Shown here: positions 32,240-42,487 of the stretch, one piece after another | How positions within the stretch are numbered: position 1 is the stretch's first letter | Layout: the number at the start of each line of letters is the position of its first letter | From: Candidatus Poribacteria bacterium | Lineage (GTDB): Bacteria > Poribacteria > WGA-4E > WGA-3G | DNA length: 64,000 nucleotides | Assembly: GCA_965205025.1 (NCBI GenBank) | Contig: CBDBFU010000012.1 | Span: 352,001-416,000, forward strand | Direction: 5' to 3' | Position numbers and translations under genes: made by a program | The notes under the pieces: generated by a model | Told to the model about the DNA's origin: nothing | Seen by the model: the letters and a program-made list of their open reading frames with translations, nothing else | Database searches by the model: none

Positions 32240-33727
32240 ATGTCTGTACCAACGATTATCGGAACCGAAACAGAGTTCGGTATTTCTGTCAAGAATGCAC
32301 GAGAACAAGATCCTATCGCAGCATCAACCTTAGTGGTTAATGCATATAAAAGTCGTAACTTAACATCGGTTTCATGGGATTATGAACAAGAAAGTCCATT
32401 AACGGATGCAAGAGGGTATATTGCAGAAACAGGCACAATTCAAGTTGATGAAACAAATAATAATGTCATCAATGATATTCTAATCAACGGTGGAAGGTAC
32501 TACGTTGATCATGCACATCCTGAATATTGTACTCCAGAATGTACAAATGCAAGAGATCTTGTAAAATATGAAAAAGCTGGAGAACTTATTTTAGAATTAA
32601 GCCGTCTTACAGCAGAAGAACTCTTACTTGATAATCAAGAAATTATAATCTATAAGAATAATACTGATTATAAAGGTCATAGCTATGGTTCACATGAAAA
32701 TTACTTGATGTCAAGACAAGTGCCATTCACGGATATTGTTGATGGACTTATTCCTTTTTTCGTTACACGGCAAGTCATCACAGGAAGCGGCAAAGTTGGA
32801 GCTGAAAATGGTGCCGATGAAACAGAATATCAGATTTCACAAAGAGCAGATTTCTTTGAAAAAGAGGTTGGCTTGAGTACAATGGTCGAAAGACCATTGA
32901 TCAATACAAGAGATGAACCACATGCTGATTCAAAAGAATATAGACGTTTACATGTAATTGTAGGCGATTCCAACATGTCTGAGTTTGCTATATATCTTAA
33001 GGTTGGAATAACATCTATTGTATTGCAGCTAATTGAGAAAGGAATAATAGGTAAGAAATTCTGTTTACAGAATCCTATAGCTGCTATCAAAACTATTTCT
33101 CGAGATCTATCTTGTAATGAAGAAATCGAACTCAAAGATGGACGTAAATGGAGTGCTTTAGAAATACTGCAAGAATATCTTACTCTTGCTCATCAACATC
33201 TCACTCAGGATGAACGGACACCAATCGTAGAGGATATATTAGAAAAATGGGATTTTGTATTACAGAGTCTTAAAACAGATCCTATGAGTATGGGACAATA
33301 TTTGGACTGGGTAATAAAGAAAAAGTTAATTGATGCTTATATTGAAAGACATGGTTTTGACTGGACAGATTCACGAATTCGAATGCTTGACCTACAGTAT
33401 CATGACACACGTCCTGAAAAAGGTCTCTATGCAAGATTACAGAAAAATGGACATGTAAAACGTATTGTTACACATGAAGAAATAGTTAATGCAATTTCCC
33501 ATCCTCCTATGGATACACGGGCATTTTTTCGAGGTACATGCCTTAGGAAGTTTGGTAATGATATACATAGTGCAAGTTGGAACTCTATCATATTTAATGG
33601 TCCAACAGGTTTTGATAAGATTATGATGGATCGTCCACATTTTGGCACTCATGAAATAGTTGGAGAACTGTTAAACACTTGTACGGTCGTTGAACTTGTA
33701 AACAAGATTAAAGCTGACTGTAATTAA
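32240..33727 (+). CDS. dop: Pup deamidase/depupylase Dop
   Basis: 'IIGTETEFGI', Dop-loop 'WDYEQESPLTDARG', 'NGGRYYVDHAHPEY', 'YKNNTD..G.SYGSHENY' and 'NTRDEPHAD'. Confidence 0.92.
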   Translation: MSVPTIIGTETEFGISVKNAREQDPIAASTLVVNAYKSRNLTSVSWDYEQESPLTDARGYIAETGTIQVDETNNNVINDILINGGRYYVDHAHPEYCTPECTNARDLVKYEKAGELILELSRLTAEELLLDNQEIIIYKNNTDYKGHSYGSHENYLMSRQVPFTDIVDGLIPFFVTRQVITGSGKVGAENGADETEYQISQRADFFEKEVGLSTMVERPLINTRDEPHADSKEYRRLHVIVGDSNMSEFAIYLKVGITSIVLQLIEKGIIGKKFCLQNPIAAIKTISRDLSCNEEIELKDGRKWSALEILQEYLTLAHQHLTQDERTPIVEDILEKWDFVLQSLKTDPMSMGQYLDWVIKKKLIDAYIERHGFDWTDSRIRMLDLQYHDTRPEKGLYARLQKNGHVKRIVTHEEIVNAISHPPMDTRAFFRGTCLRKFGNDIHSASWNSIIFNGPTGFDKIMMDRPHFGTHEIVGELLNTCTVVELVNKIKADCN

Positions 33728-33819
33728 ATAGATAATTATCAGTCTTCGGTATTGTTTTTCCTATATATATATATTATGTAAACAGGTTTTATTTATACTA
33801 CTTATAGAAGGAGCACGAC

Positions 33820-34017
33820 ATGCCAAGCGAAAAACAGCAAGAATACAGAGATCATCCTATGAATGAAAATGAGGAGATCCAAACAAATCCAGAACTTGAT
33901 GAAACTGTTGATGAATTAACAGATGATTTAGAAACACTTCTTGATGAAATAGATGAGATTTTGGAAGAAGATTCTGAAGAATTCGTTGAGAACTTTATCC
34001 AACGTGGAGGACAATAG
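33820..34017 (+). CDS. pup: Prokaryotic ubiquitin-like protein Pup
   Basis: 65 aa, acidic; 'LLDEIDEILEEDSEEFVENFIQRGGQ' matches the Pup C-terminal consensus; RBS AAGGAG. Confidence 0.95.
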   Translation: MPSEKQQEYRDHPMNENEEIQTNPELDETVDELTDDLETLLDEIDEILEEDSEEFVENFIQRGGQ

Positions 34018-34019
34018 GA

Positions 34020-34811
34020 TTGCTGAAACTCCGTGACTTTGAATCTACCGATTTTTTTGAAATATTGAAAGACCGGCATCCTGATAAATTGGGTGATTGG
34101 TCACGACTCACCGGAACATACGATTCTAACAACCATAATTTTCTTGAAGGGACGACAGTACTTGCCATAGTCTATAAGGATGGTGTAATAATGGCAGGCG
34201 ATCGTCAAGCCACAGAAGGTTATCAGGTCGGTGAACGCCGTATACAAAAAGTCTATAAAATCGATAGACATTCCGCTATTGCAGTCGCGGGCGTAGCAGG
34301 ACCATGCATTGAAATAGCAAAACTATTTCAAGTACAGATTGAATTCTATGAAAAAATAGAAGGTGTACCCTTAAGTCTTGATGGACAAGCAAACTATCTC
34401 TCAAGCCTTGTCAGGTCCAATCTAAGCTTAGCCATGCAAGGATTAATTGTTTTACCCCTTTTTTCTGGGTATGACTTAAAAAATAATGTTGGTAGGATAT
34501 TTAAGTATGACGCACTTGGTGGTCGATATGAAGAAGACACCTATTATGCTATCGGATCTGGTGGAAAAGATGCTCGTTCCACATTTAAGAAACTATATCA
34601 AACTGATCTTGATAAGGAAACTGCACTAAGAATTGCAGTTGAAGCATTATGGGATGCTGCTGATGAAGATATTGCTACTGGTGGTCCAGATTTAATCCGG
34701 AAAATCTTTCCTACATTCACCATTATTACAAAAGAGGGTGTATCTGAAGTGCCAGAAGATACAATTGGTGAATTATTTCAAGACCTTATCTCAAGATTAG
34801 TACAATCTTAA
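34020..34811 (+). CDS. prcB: 20S proteasome beta subunit
   Basis: Propeptide, then G|TTVLAI (catalytic Thr1); 'AGDRQAT', 'GSGG' and 'DIATGGPD'. Confidence 0.95.
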   Translation: MLKLRDFESTDFFEILKDRHPDKLGDWSRLTGTYDSNNHNFLEGTTVLAIVYKDGVIMAGDRQATEGYQVGERRIQKVYKIDRHSAIAVAGVAGPCIEIAKLFQVQIEFYEKIEGVPLSLDGQANYLSSLVRSNLSLAMQGLIVLPLFSGYDLKNNVGRIFKYDALGGRYEEDTYYAIGSGGKDARSTFKKLYQTDLDKETALRIAVEALWDAADEDIATGGPDLIRKIFPTFTIITKEGVSEVPEDTIGELFQDLISRLVQS

Positions 34812-34847
34812 TCCTATTGTTAGAAAAAATTATATCATAGGAGAAAA

Positions 34848-35558
34848 ATGTCCACACCCTATTACGTTTCACCTGATCAAATTTGGGAAGATAAGAAGGA
34901 TTTTGTCAATCGAGGTATTGAACAGGCTAAGGAGGTAATTGTTTTAGAGTATAAGAATGGATTACTCATGGTTGCTGAAAATCCAAGAAAAACGATATTT
35001 AAAATGTCTGAAATTTATGACAGAATCGCACTCGCATCTACAGGCAGGGTCTCTGAATATGAGGCTTTACGAGTTGCGGGGATACGGGAAGCTGAGATAA
35101 AAGGCTATACCTATTACCGTGAGGACGTGACTGGAAAATGGCTGACCAATTTATACTCACAGCACATGAGTGCGATTGCACAAGCATGGGATACAAAACC
35201 TCTTGAGATTGAACTTCTGGTCTGCGAAATTGATGGACTTTCTTCTGTTAGAAGTCAGATTTATAAGATTACATTTGATGGCACCTATGAAGAAAAAGAA
35301 AGATTTGCTGCTATTGGTGGAAAAGCCGATTCTATTCTTGAGTTTCTTGAAAATACATATCAGGAAGGATTAGATATTAAAGACGCTATTCAACTGGCTA
35401 CAAATACTCTTGAATCCATTGAGGTTGATACTCCTAATTCTTATGAGATTAATCCAAATACTATAGAAATTGCCTGTCTTGATGCTACTTTAGATCGTCG
35501 TAAATTTCACAGATTTACTATTCAAGAAATAGATGAGATTTTAGGAAATGCATCGTAG
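34848..35558 (+). CDS. prcA: 20S proteasome alpha subunit
   Basis: 'MSTPYYVSPDQ', 'AENP', 'KMSEIYDRIA', 'KPLEIELLV' and 'RRKFHR'. Confidence 0.93.
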   Translation: MSTPYYVSPDQIWEDKKDFVNRGIEQAKEVIVLEYKNGLLMVAENPRKTIFKMSEIYDRIALASTGRVSEYEALRVAGIREAEIKGYTYYREDVTGKWLTNLYSQHMSAIAQAWDTKPLEIELLVCEIDGLSSVRSQIYKITFDGTYEEKERFAAIGGKADSILEFLENTYQEGLDIKDAIQLATNTLESIEVDTPNSYEINPNTIEIACLDATLDRRKFHRFTIQEIDEILGNAS

Positions 35559-36909
35559 AATATATGGATTAGAAACCGAATACGGTATCATCTGTACACC
35601 GGAAAAAAATAAAGGAAAAAAACTCACTGTACAGAATGTCGTCATGTATCTTTTCAGAGAGATAATTTCTGGACGAATGTACCCAGATGTATTTCTTGAA
35701 AACGGGGCACGGTTTTATCAAGATATCGGCTGTCATCCTGAATATGCAACTCCAGAATGTGATGATGTTGTTGAATTAGTCGCACATGATAAAGCAGGTG
35801 AAAGAATCGTTACTCGTTTGGCTACCACCGCTGAACGGAGAATGCGTACAGATGGTTTTCGCGGAAAGATTTCCATCTTTAAAAATAACCTTGACACTGT
35901 TGGAAATACATACGGGTGCCATGAGAATTATCTTATGGAACGTGAGAAAGTAAGTTTCCGACAATTAGCCTCCCAATTAATTCCTTTTTTTGTTACACGT
36001 CAAATATATACTGGAGCCGGTAAGGTCAGACATAGTGACCAAGGCTTCTATGAAATTTCTCAACGTGCACAGCACATACGAGAAGAAATTTCTATTGCTA
36101 CAACTACTGCTCGAGGAATTATCAATACGCGGGATGAACCACATGCTGACAGAGAAAAATATCGTAGATTACATGTTATTGTTGGTGATTCCAACATGTC
36201 TGAGTTGGCAAACCTATTGAAAGTTGGTACAACAGGAATAGTTCTCAGAATGATTGAAGATCATTTCATTAATGAGCAATTTGCACTGCGAAATTCTGTA
36301 CAAGCCATACATGAAATATCTGAAGATACAACCTGTAAATGTCTTATCGAACTTGATAACGGAAAACGACTGTCAGCAGTTGAATTACAATGGTTATATT
36401 TTGAAACTGCAAAACGATATTTAGAACAAGCTGAATCAGATCCAACTACAGATGAGGTTATGAAACGTTGGGAATACGTTATGACTCGACTTGAAAAAGA
36501 TCCGAGGTTATTAGATAGAGAACTTGATTGGGTAATAAAGAGAAAATGGTTGGAAACTTATGTGAAACACCGTTCATTGAATTGGAACTCTGCAGAGGTA
36601 AGAAGGGTAGATTTAGAATATCACAATATCCGACAAGATGTTGGTCTGTTTTATAAAGCTGAAAAGAAGGGGTTAACAGAGAGAATATTGGATGATGCAC
36701 AAATAAGACAAGCAATGCATTCACCACCAGAGCGTACTCGTGCAAAGTTTCGCGGTAGATTCATCAAACTCGTAAACAATGGAAAGGTATTATGTGGTGT
36801 AAATTGGAGCTATATACAATTATATGAACCTTATCAGAAGTTATATTTATCTACCGATCCACTTGAACCAGAGTTTGAAGAAGCAAGCCGTATGATTTAT
36901 TCTATTTAG
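35548..36909 (+). CDS. pafA: Pup-protein ligase PafA
   Basis: 'MHRRIYGLETEYG', 'FLENGARFYQDIGCHPEYATPEC', 'FKNNLD..GNTYGCHENY' and 'RGIINTRDEPHAD'. Confidence 0.93.
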   Translation: MHRRIYGLETEYGIICTPEKNKGKKLTVQNVVMYLFREIISGRMYPDVFLENGARFYQDIGCHPEYATPECDDVVELVAHDKAGERIVTRLATTAERRMRTDGFRGKISIFKNNLDTVGNTYGCHENYLMEREKVSFRQLASQLIPFFVTRQIYTGAGKVRHSDQGFYEISQRAQHIREEISIATTTARGIINTRDEPHADREKYRRLHVIVGDSNMSELANLLKVGTTGIVLRMIEDHFINEQFALRNSVQAIHEISEDTTCKCLIELDNGKRLSAVELQWLYFETAKRYLEQAESDPTTDEVMKRWEYVMTRLEKDPRLLDRELDWVIKRKWLETYVKHRSLNWNSAEVRRVDLEYHNIRQDVGLFYKAEKKGLTERILDDAQIRQAMHSPPERTRAKFRGRFIKLVNNGKVLCGVNWSYIQLYEPYQKLYLSTDPLEPEFEEASRMIYSI

Positions 36910-37039
36910 TCCTAAGACATTTGACTATAAAATTACTATTCGTTATTTTACCATACTACAATAAAAATCAAATGCCAACCCTGACACGCAATTCAAGGTA
37001 CACTTCAATGAAAATATCAGTGAATTATCGGAGGAATCC

Positions 37040-37630
37040 ATGGCTACTTCTGCAGCGCAAACACACCTTACACCTGAAGAATATATTACTTTAGAACGCA
37101 AGGCGATACCAGACGCAGAAAAAATAAGAAGTGAATATGTTAATGGTAAAATAATTGGTATGTCAGGAGCAAGTCGAGAACACAATCTTATTACCAGTAA
37201 TATATCTGGTGAACTTCGTAATCTGCTAAAAGGTACTGAATGTGAAACTTACGCCAACGAAATGCGCGTGAGCACACCCAGTACTTCATCCTATTTCTAT
37301 CCTGATATCGTTGTCGTTTGTGATGAACCACGTTTTGAAGATGATGTCTTTGATATACTCCTTAATCCAATTATTCTCGTTGAAGTTTTGTCCCCTTCAA
37401 CAGAGGTTTATGATCGCGGTGAAAAATTTAGTCACTACCGGCTGTTACCATCTTTACAGGAATACATCCTCGTAGCACAAGACAGGATTTGTGTTGAAAT
37501 CTTCCGACGTCGAGAAGACAATTGGATTCTTACCGATATCCAAAACCTTGAAGAACACCTACCACTGCTCTCAGTCCAATCTGAACTCCACTTACGTGAG
37601 ATTTATGATCGCGTAACATTTCCTGAGTAA
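37040..37630 (+). CDS. Uma2 family PD-(D/E)xK endonuclease-like protein
   Basis: 'EYVNG.I.GMSGAS..HN', 'YPDIVVVC' and 'VEVLSPSTE.YDRGEKF'. Confidence 0.9.
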   Translation: MATSAAQTHLTPEEYITLERKAIPDAEKIRSEYVNGKIIGMSGASREHNLITSNISGELRNLLKGTECETYANEMRVSTPSTSSYFYPDIVVVCDEPRFEDDVFDILLNPIILVEVLSPSTEVYDRGEKFSHYRLLPSLQEYILVAQDRICVEIFRRREDNWILTDIQNLEEHLPLLSVQSELHLREIYDRVTFPE

Positions 37631-37880
37631 GACAATCAAATATCAACGGTATATTTGCAGGGGTTATATAAAAGTCTTAAGTTTTGACGATTTTAATTAA
37701 GTCAACACTCATGTCTATTTCAATCCTGTTTTCTTTGACTTTTTCGGAGTAGTACTATATAATTTTATCCGAAGAGTGACCATATATTTTGTATTATACC
37801 ATTAGAGGATGTAAAACGAGAATAACATAGTAAATAACTACAGTATCAATTATACAATAATCTCGAATTAGGAGTATTTA

Positions 37881-40514
37881 ATGAGTCAACCGAAGTATGT
37901 ATACTTCTTTGGAGGTACTGAGAGTGATGGTGATGCAACCATGCGCACCTTACTCGGTGGTAAAGGGGCGAACCTTGCAGAGATGTCTAATCTCGGAGTT
38001 CCTGTCCCACCAGGATTCACTATCTCCACTGAAGTATGTAAATTCTATTATGAGAATGACCAAAGGTATCCAGTAGGACTTGATGAACAGATCACAGAAA
38101 ATCTAAATAAATTAGAAAGTGCTTTAGGGGTGAAATTCGGAGATACAGAAGATCCTCTTCTTGTTTCTGTCCGTTCAGGTGCAGCAGTTTCAATGCCGGG
38201 AATGATGGATACAATTCTAAATCTCGGCCTAAATGATGACGCGGTAAAGGGACTGATAGCTAAATCTGAAAATGAACGGTTTTCCTATGATGCATATCGA
38301 CGTTTTGTACAAATGTTCGGAAATGTTGTCCTTAATGTTGATCATGATGAATTTGAACATTTACTCGAAGAAAAGAAAAAAGGAAAAGGTGTTACTTTAG
38401 ATACAGAACTTGATGCATCCGACTTATCTGAACTTGTAAAAGAATTCAAAAGTATTATCAAACAAAGAACTGGTAACGATTTTCCTGATAACCCCAGAAT
38501 GCAATTAGATATGGCAAGGGATGCTGTATTTCAATCTTCAGGTAACCCAAGAGCAATTACATATCGACGTCTTAACGATATTTCTGAAGAACTGGGTAGA
38601 ACAGCTGTAAATATTCAGGCTATGGTTTTTGGCAATATGGGTGGAAGTTCTGGAACTGGAGTAGCATTTACAAGAAATCCTTCTACCGGTGCCAATCAGT
38701 TTTATGGTGAATTCTTAATGAATGCACAAGGTGAAGATGTAGTTGCGGGTATTCGAACCCCTTTACCAATATCAGAATTACAGAATATTTCACCAAATGC
38801 ATACAATGAATTAGTTGAAATCGGACTAAGACTTGAAAAACACTATAAAGATATGCAGGATGTAGAGTTTACTATTCAGGATGGAATACTCTATATGCTC
38901 CAAACAAGAAATGGAAAACGTACGGGGCAAGCTGCTGTTAGAATTGCGGTTGAAATGGTTGAAGAGGGTCTAATTGATAAACCTACTGCTATCACCCGTG
39001 TACCAGCGAACGATCTTGATCAATTACTACATCCAAGTGTTGATCCTGATGCACATGTTGAAGTAGTTGCACAAGGTTTACCTGCTTCCCCTGGTGCAGC
39101 GTTAGGTAAAGTCGTTTTCACAGCACTTCGTGCTGAAGAACTCGCTGCAAAAGGAGAGAAAGTTATACTTGTACGCACAGAAACATCTCCTGAAGATATT
39201 GGTGGTATGGATGCAGCTGAAGGTATTCTTACTGCCAGAGGTGGTATGACAAGTCATGCAGCTGTAGTTGCACGAGGTATGGGGAAATGTTGTGTAGCGG
39301 GTTGTTCCGATCTCTTCATAAATGAAGAAGCGTTGGAGTTCTATGCAAGTGGTAAACGGTATGCCGAAGGGGATTACATCACACTCAATGGTTCTACTGG
39401 AGATGTACTTAGTGGACAAGTATCCCTCATACAACCTGAATTGAGCGGACAATTCGGTATTCTCATGGATTGGGCAGACGAGGTTAGGTCGCTTGATGTA
39501 CGAACAAATGCCGATACACCAGAAGATGCGAAAAACGCAAGACAGTTTGGGGCAGAAGGTATTGGACTCTGTAGAACAGAGCACATGTTCTTTGGTACTG
39601 GAATTGATGCCGTTCGAGAGATGATACTTGCAGATGATACAGATGAACGGAAAAAAGCATTAGCAAAATTGTTATCCCACCAACGCACTGATTTCATTGG
39701 AATTTTTGAAGCAATGTCCGGTTATCCTGTGACAATCCGAACCCTTGATCCCCCTTTACACGAATTTTTACCAAAGAATGAGTCCGAAATAGCAGATCTC
39801 GCTGAACGGCTTAAGGTTGACCCCCAAAAACTCACTGAAAGGGTTGAAGAATTACATGAATTCAATCCAATGCTCGGTCATCGAGGTTGTAGACTTGGTA
39901 TCGTCTATCCAGAAATTACTGAGATGCAAGCACGTGCAATTTTTGAGGCTGCAGTCGATGTAAAAAAACGCGGAGTTGAGGTTCTACCTGAAATTATGAT
40001 TCCACTTGTTGGACATATTAACGAATTCTCACTACAAAAGAAAGTCGTCGTTGATACAGCAGAGGAAGTGTTTGCAGAGACAAATACTCGTTTAGATTAC
40101 TTAGTCGGTACGATGATTGAATTGCCACGGGCTGCATTAACTGCTGATAAGATTGCTGCTGAAGCAGAATTCTTCTCATACGGTACAAATGATCTAACCC
40201 AGACCACTTTCGGAATGAGTCGTGATGATGCCGTCAAGTTTCTTGATGATTATGTTAAGAACGGTGTCCTTGAATACGATCCATTCCAAATACTTGATCA
40301 GGAAGGGGTTGGAAGTCTCTTAGAAATTGGTACAGAAAAAGGACGAACAGCAAGGGCTGATCTTAAGGTAGGTATTTGTGGTGAACATGGAGGTGAACCG
40401 AACTCTGTCAAATTCTGCTATGGATTAGACTTCAATTACGTTTCTTGCTCACCGTTCCGTGTACCGATCGCTCGTCTTGCTGCAGCACAGGCTGTGATTG
40501 AAGGGAAAGCGTAA
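37881..40514 (+). CDS. ppdK: Pyruvate, phosphate dikinase
   Basis: 'LGGKGANLAEM', 'SVRSGA..SMPGMMDT', 'GGMTSHAAVVARG', 'GLCRTEHMF' and 'GICGEHGG'. Confidence 0.97.
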   Translation: MSQPKYVYFFGGTESDGDATMRTLLGGKGANLAEMSNLGVPVPPGFTISTEVCKFYYENDQRYPVGLDEQITENLNKLESALGVKFGDTEDPLLVSVRSGAAVSMPGMMDTILNLGLNDDAVKGLIAKSENERFSYDAYRRFVQMFGNVVLNVDHDEFEHLLEEKKKGKGVTLDTELDASDLSELVKEFKSIIKQRTGNDFPDNPRMQLDMARDAVFQSSGNPRAITYRRLNDISEELGRTAVNIQAMVFGNMGGSSGTGVAFTRNPSTGANQFYGEFLMNAQGEDVVAGIRTPLPISELQNISPNAYNELVEIGLRLEKHYKDMQDVEFTIQDGILYMLQTRNGKRTGQAAVRIAVEMVEEGLIDKPTAITRVPANDLDQLLHPSVDPDAHVEVVAQGLPASPGAALGKVVFTALRAEELAAKGEKVILVRTETSPEDIGGMDAAEGILTARGGMTSHAAVVARGMGKCCVAGCSDLFINEEALEFYASGKRYAEGDYITLNGSTGDVLSGQVSLIQPELSGQFGILMDWADEVRSLDVRTNADTPEDAKNARQFGAEGIGLCRTEHMFFGTGIDAVREMILADDTDERKKALAKLLSHQRTDFIGIFEAMSGYPVTIRTLDPPLHEFLPKNESEIADLAERLKVDPQKLTERVEELHEFNPMLGHRGCRLGIVYPEITEMQARAIFEAAVDVKKRGVEVLPEIMIPLVGHINEFSLQKKVVVDTAEEVFAETNTRLDYLVGTMIELPRAALTADKIAAEAEFFSYGTNDLTQTTFGMSRDDAVKFLDDYVKNGVLEYDPFQILDQEGVGSLLEIGTEKGRTARADLKVGICGEHGGEPNSVKFCYGLDFNYVSCSPFRVPIARLAAAQAVIEGKA

Positions 40515-40538
40515 GTATACAGTATAGTTTTTTGAAAA

Positions 40539-40575
40539 TATAGGCGTGTGTGCTGTGTAAGTGTGCACGCCTATA
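40539..40575 (+). terminator. Hairpin after ppdK
   Basis: TATAGGCGTG (40539-40548) and CACGCCTATA (40566-40575). Confidence 0.55.
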
Positions 40576-40684
40576 CTATTGCAACTTTGCAAATGAAAAG
40601 CAGTTGAATTCTATAAGCAGACTGTGGTAAATTGTCAATAGTAGATAGAAAATCTGATAGATAAATAATCACAGGAGAAATAAA

Positions 40685-41254
40685 ATGGATACCCAAGAAG
40701 TTCATAAAATCACACCAGATAGTCTTCCTCCAGAAATTCCCAAGATGACTTTGGAGGAATTCTTGGAAAGCGATTTAGAGGGATATGAGTACATTAAAGG
40801 AAAATTATTACCTATGCCGCCTACCTCATTGGAACACAGTTTCATTAGTGTAAACTTAATTTTGCTCTTGGGCACGTATGTTCGTGAAAAAAATATTGGA
40901 TGTATCTCAGTTTCAAGCACAGGTTTTCAGGTAGGTGAACGTGTACTCATACCTGATATAGCGTTTCTTTCTAACTCTCACATTCCAGATAATATTAGCA
41001 AGTCATCGCCAATCCCACCAGATCTTGCCATTGAAGTAGTCTCCCCCACAGATGCATCATCCAAAGTTGAAGAAAAGGCTTTCGCCTATCTTGAGGCAGG
41101 GACGCAGTTGGTGTGGGTACTAAAACCTCTATCCAAAACGGTAACTGTCTATCGTTCAGAAACAGAAATCACACTGTTAACGCAGAATGACATTCTTTGT
41201 GGTGAAGATGTAGTAGATGGATTTACTTGTCAGGTGGCAGAACTTTTTGAATAG
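40685..41254 (+). CDS. Uma2 family endonuclease-like protein (tandem copy 1)
   Basis: 'YEYIKG', 'IPDIAF', 'PDLAIEVVSP' and 'K..AYLEAG..LVW'. Confidence 0.9.
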   Translation: MDTQEVHKITPDSLPPEIPKMTLEEFLESDLEGYEYIKGKLLPMPPTSLEHSFISVNLILLLGTYVREKNIGCISVSSTGFQVGERVLIPDIAFLSNSHIPDNISKSSPIPPDLAIEVVSPTDASSKVEEKAFAYLEAGTQLVWVLKPLSKTVTVYRSETEITLLTQNDILCGEDVVDGFTCQVAELFE

Positions 41255-41368
41255 AGTTTTATGAACAGATAAAAATTGTCCAACTATAGCAAGTAGAATG
41301 TTATTATGATAAATTGAATTCTAAAAGAGTGTAGAGAAGAACATTACAACACATCAAGGAGAAATGAA

Positions 41369-41938
41369 ATGGATGCCCATGAAGTTCATCAAATCACACC
41401 AGATAGTCTTCCTCCAGAAATTCCCAAGATGACTTTGGAGGAATTCCTGGAAAGCGATTTAGAGGGGTATGAATACATAAAAGGAGAATTAATTCCCATG
41501 GCACCAACATCGGCGGAACACGGCTACATTAGTGCGAACCTAAGTTCCCTGTTACACATGTATGTTCGTGAAAACCAACTGGGACGTGTTCTTATATCTG
41601 ATACAGGATTCAAAGTCGGCGAAAGGTTCTTGATTCCTGATATTGCTTTTATTTCAACTGACCGACTTCCAGCTGACCGAAGCAAAGCATTTCCAGTGCC
41701 ACCAGACCTTGCAGTTGAAATTGCTTCTCCATCAGACACTTTTCACCGAATTCAAGAAAAGGTGTTTGCATATCTTGATGAAGGCACACAGTTGGTATGG
41801 ATGATCGCACCCCGAGACAAAACGGTAACTGTCTATCGTTCTGAAACGGTCATCACATTGTTAACGCAGAATGACATTCTTAGCGGTGAAGATGTAGTAG
41901 AAAGATTTACTTGTCAGGTGGCAGAACTTTTTGAATAG
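41369..41938 (+). CDS. Uma2 family endonuclease-like protein (tandem copy 2)
   Basis: Same motifs and same 189-aa length as copy 1. Confidence 0.9.
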   Translation: MDAHEVHQITPDSLPPEIPKMTLEEFLESDLEGYEYIKGELIPMAPTSAEHGYISANLSSLLHMYVRENQLGRVLISDTGFKVGERFLIPDIAFISTDRLPADRSKAFPVPPDLAVEIASPSDTFHRIQEKVFAYLDEGTQLVWMIAPRDKTVTVYRSETVITLLTQNDILSGEDVVERFTCQVAELFE

Positions 41939-41970
41939 AGTCTCATTAAACGCTTAGAAAGGATAACACA

Positions 41971-42420
41971 ATGTTAATCGCAGATGTAAATAAAATGGAT
42001 GGTAGGACATATCCTGCTCGTAGACTAACCAGAAATCTTGTAGGGGGCGCGTCTCCCATTCATATAGACGAATTCTCCATGGGGTTTGTTGTATTAGAAC
42101 CAAATGGAGGACAAGTTCCATGGCACAATCATGTTCAGGAAGAAATATACTTCATTGTTGAAGGTGAAGGTGAAATGTGTCTTGGCGAAGAACGACAAAC
42201 CCTCTCGACAGGGCAAATAGTATTCATACCTTCAAATGTATTTCATCAGTTAACGAATACAAGCGATACCCCTATGAAGATGGTCTATGCTTATGGACCT
42301 GCTGGGGATGTAGATCATTGGAAACAAGAACTTGCCGGTACATTACCAAAAGCAGGGATTGACGTTCCACCCCTTCCAGATGGTGCTTCCCCACAATGTA
42401 CTGATCCTCCAAGAGAATAA
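41971..42420 (+). CDS. Cupin domain protein
   Basis: 'PWHNHVQEEIYFIVEGEG' and 'FIPSNVFHQL'. Confidence 0.88.
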   Translation: MLIADVNKMDGRTYPARRLTRNLVGGASPIHIDEFSMGFVVLEPNGGQVPWHNHVQEEIYFIVEGEGEMCLGEERQTLSTGQIVFIPSNVFHQLTNTSDTPMKMVYAYGPAGDVDHWKQELAGTLPKAGIDVPPLPDGASPQCTDPPRE

Positions 42421-42487
42421 TATCAATCTAATTGAAGTCTTATTCTAAATACAAACACATTTCTTAATCCCGATTGAAGGATTTTAT

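Noticed and set aside
33820-34017. Modifier is UBact
   Set aside because: The C-terminus is QRGGQ with the Pup helix LLDEIDEILEE, not the UBact R[TS]G[EQ] ending.
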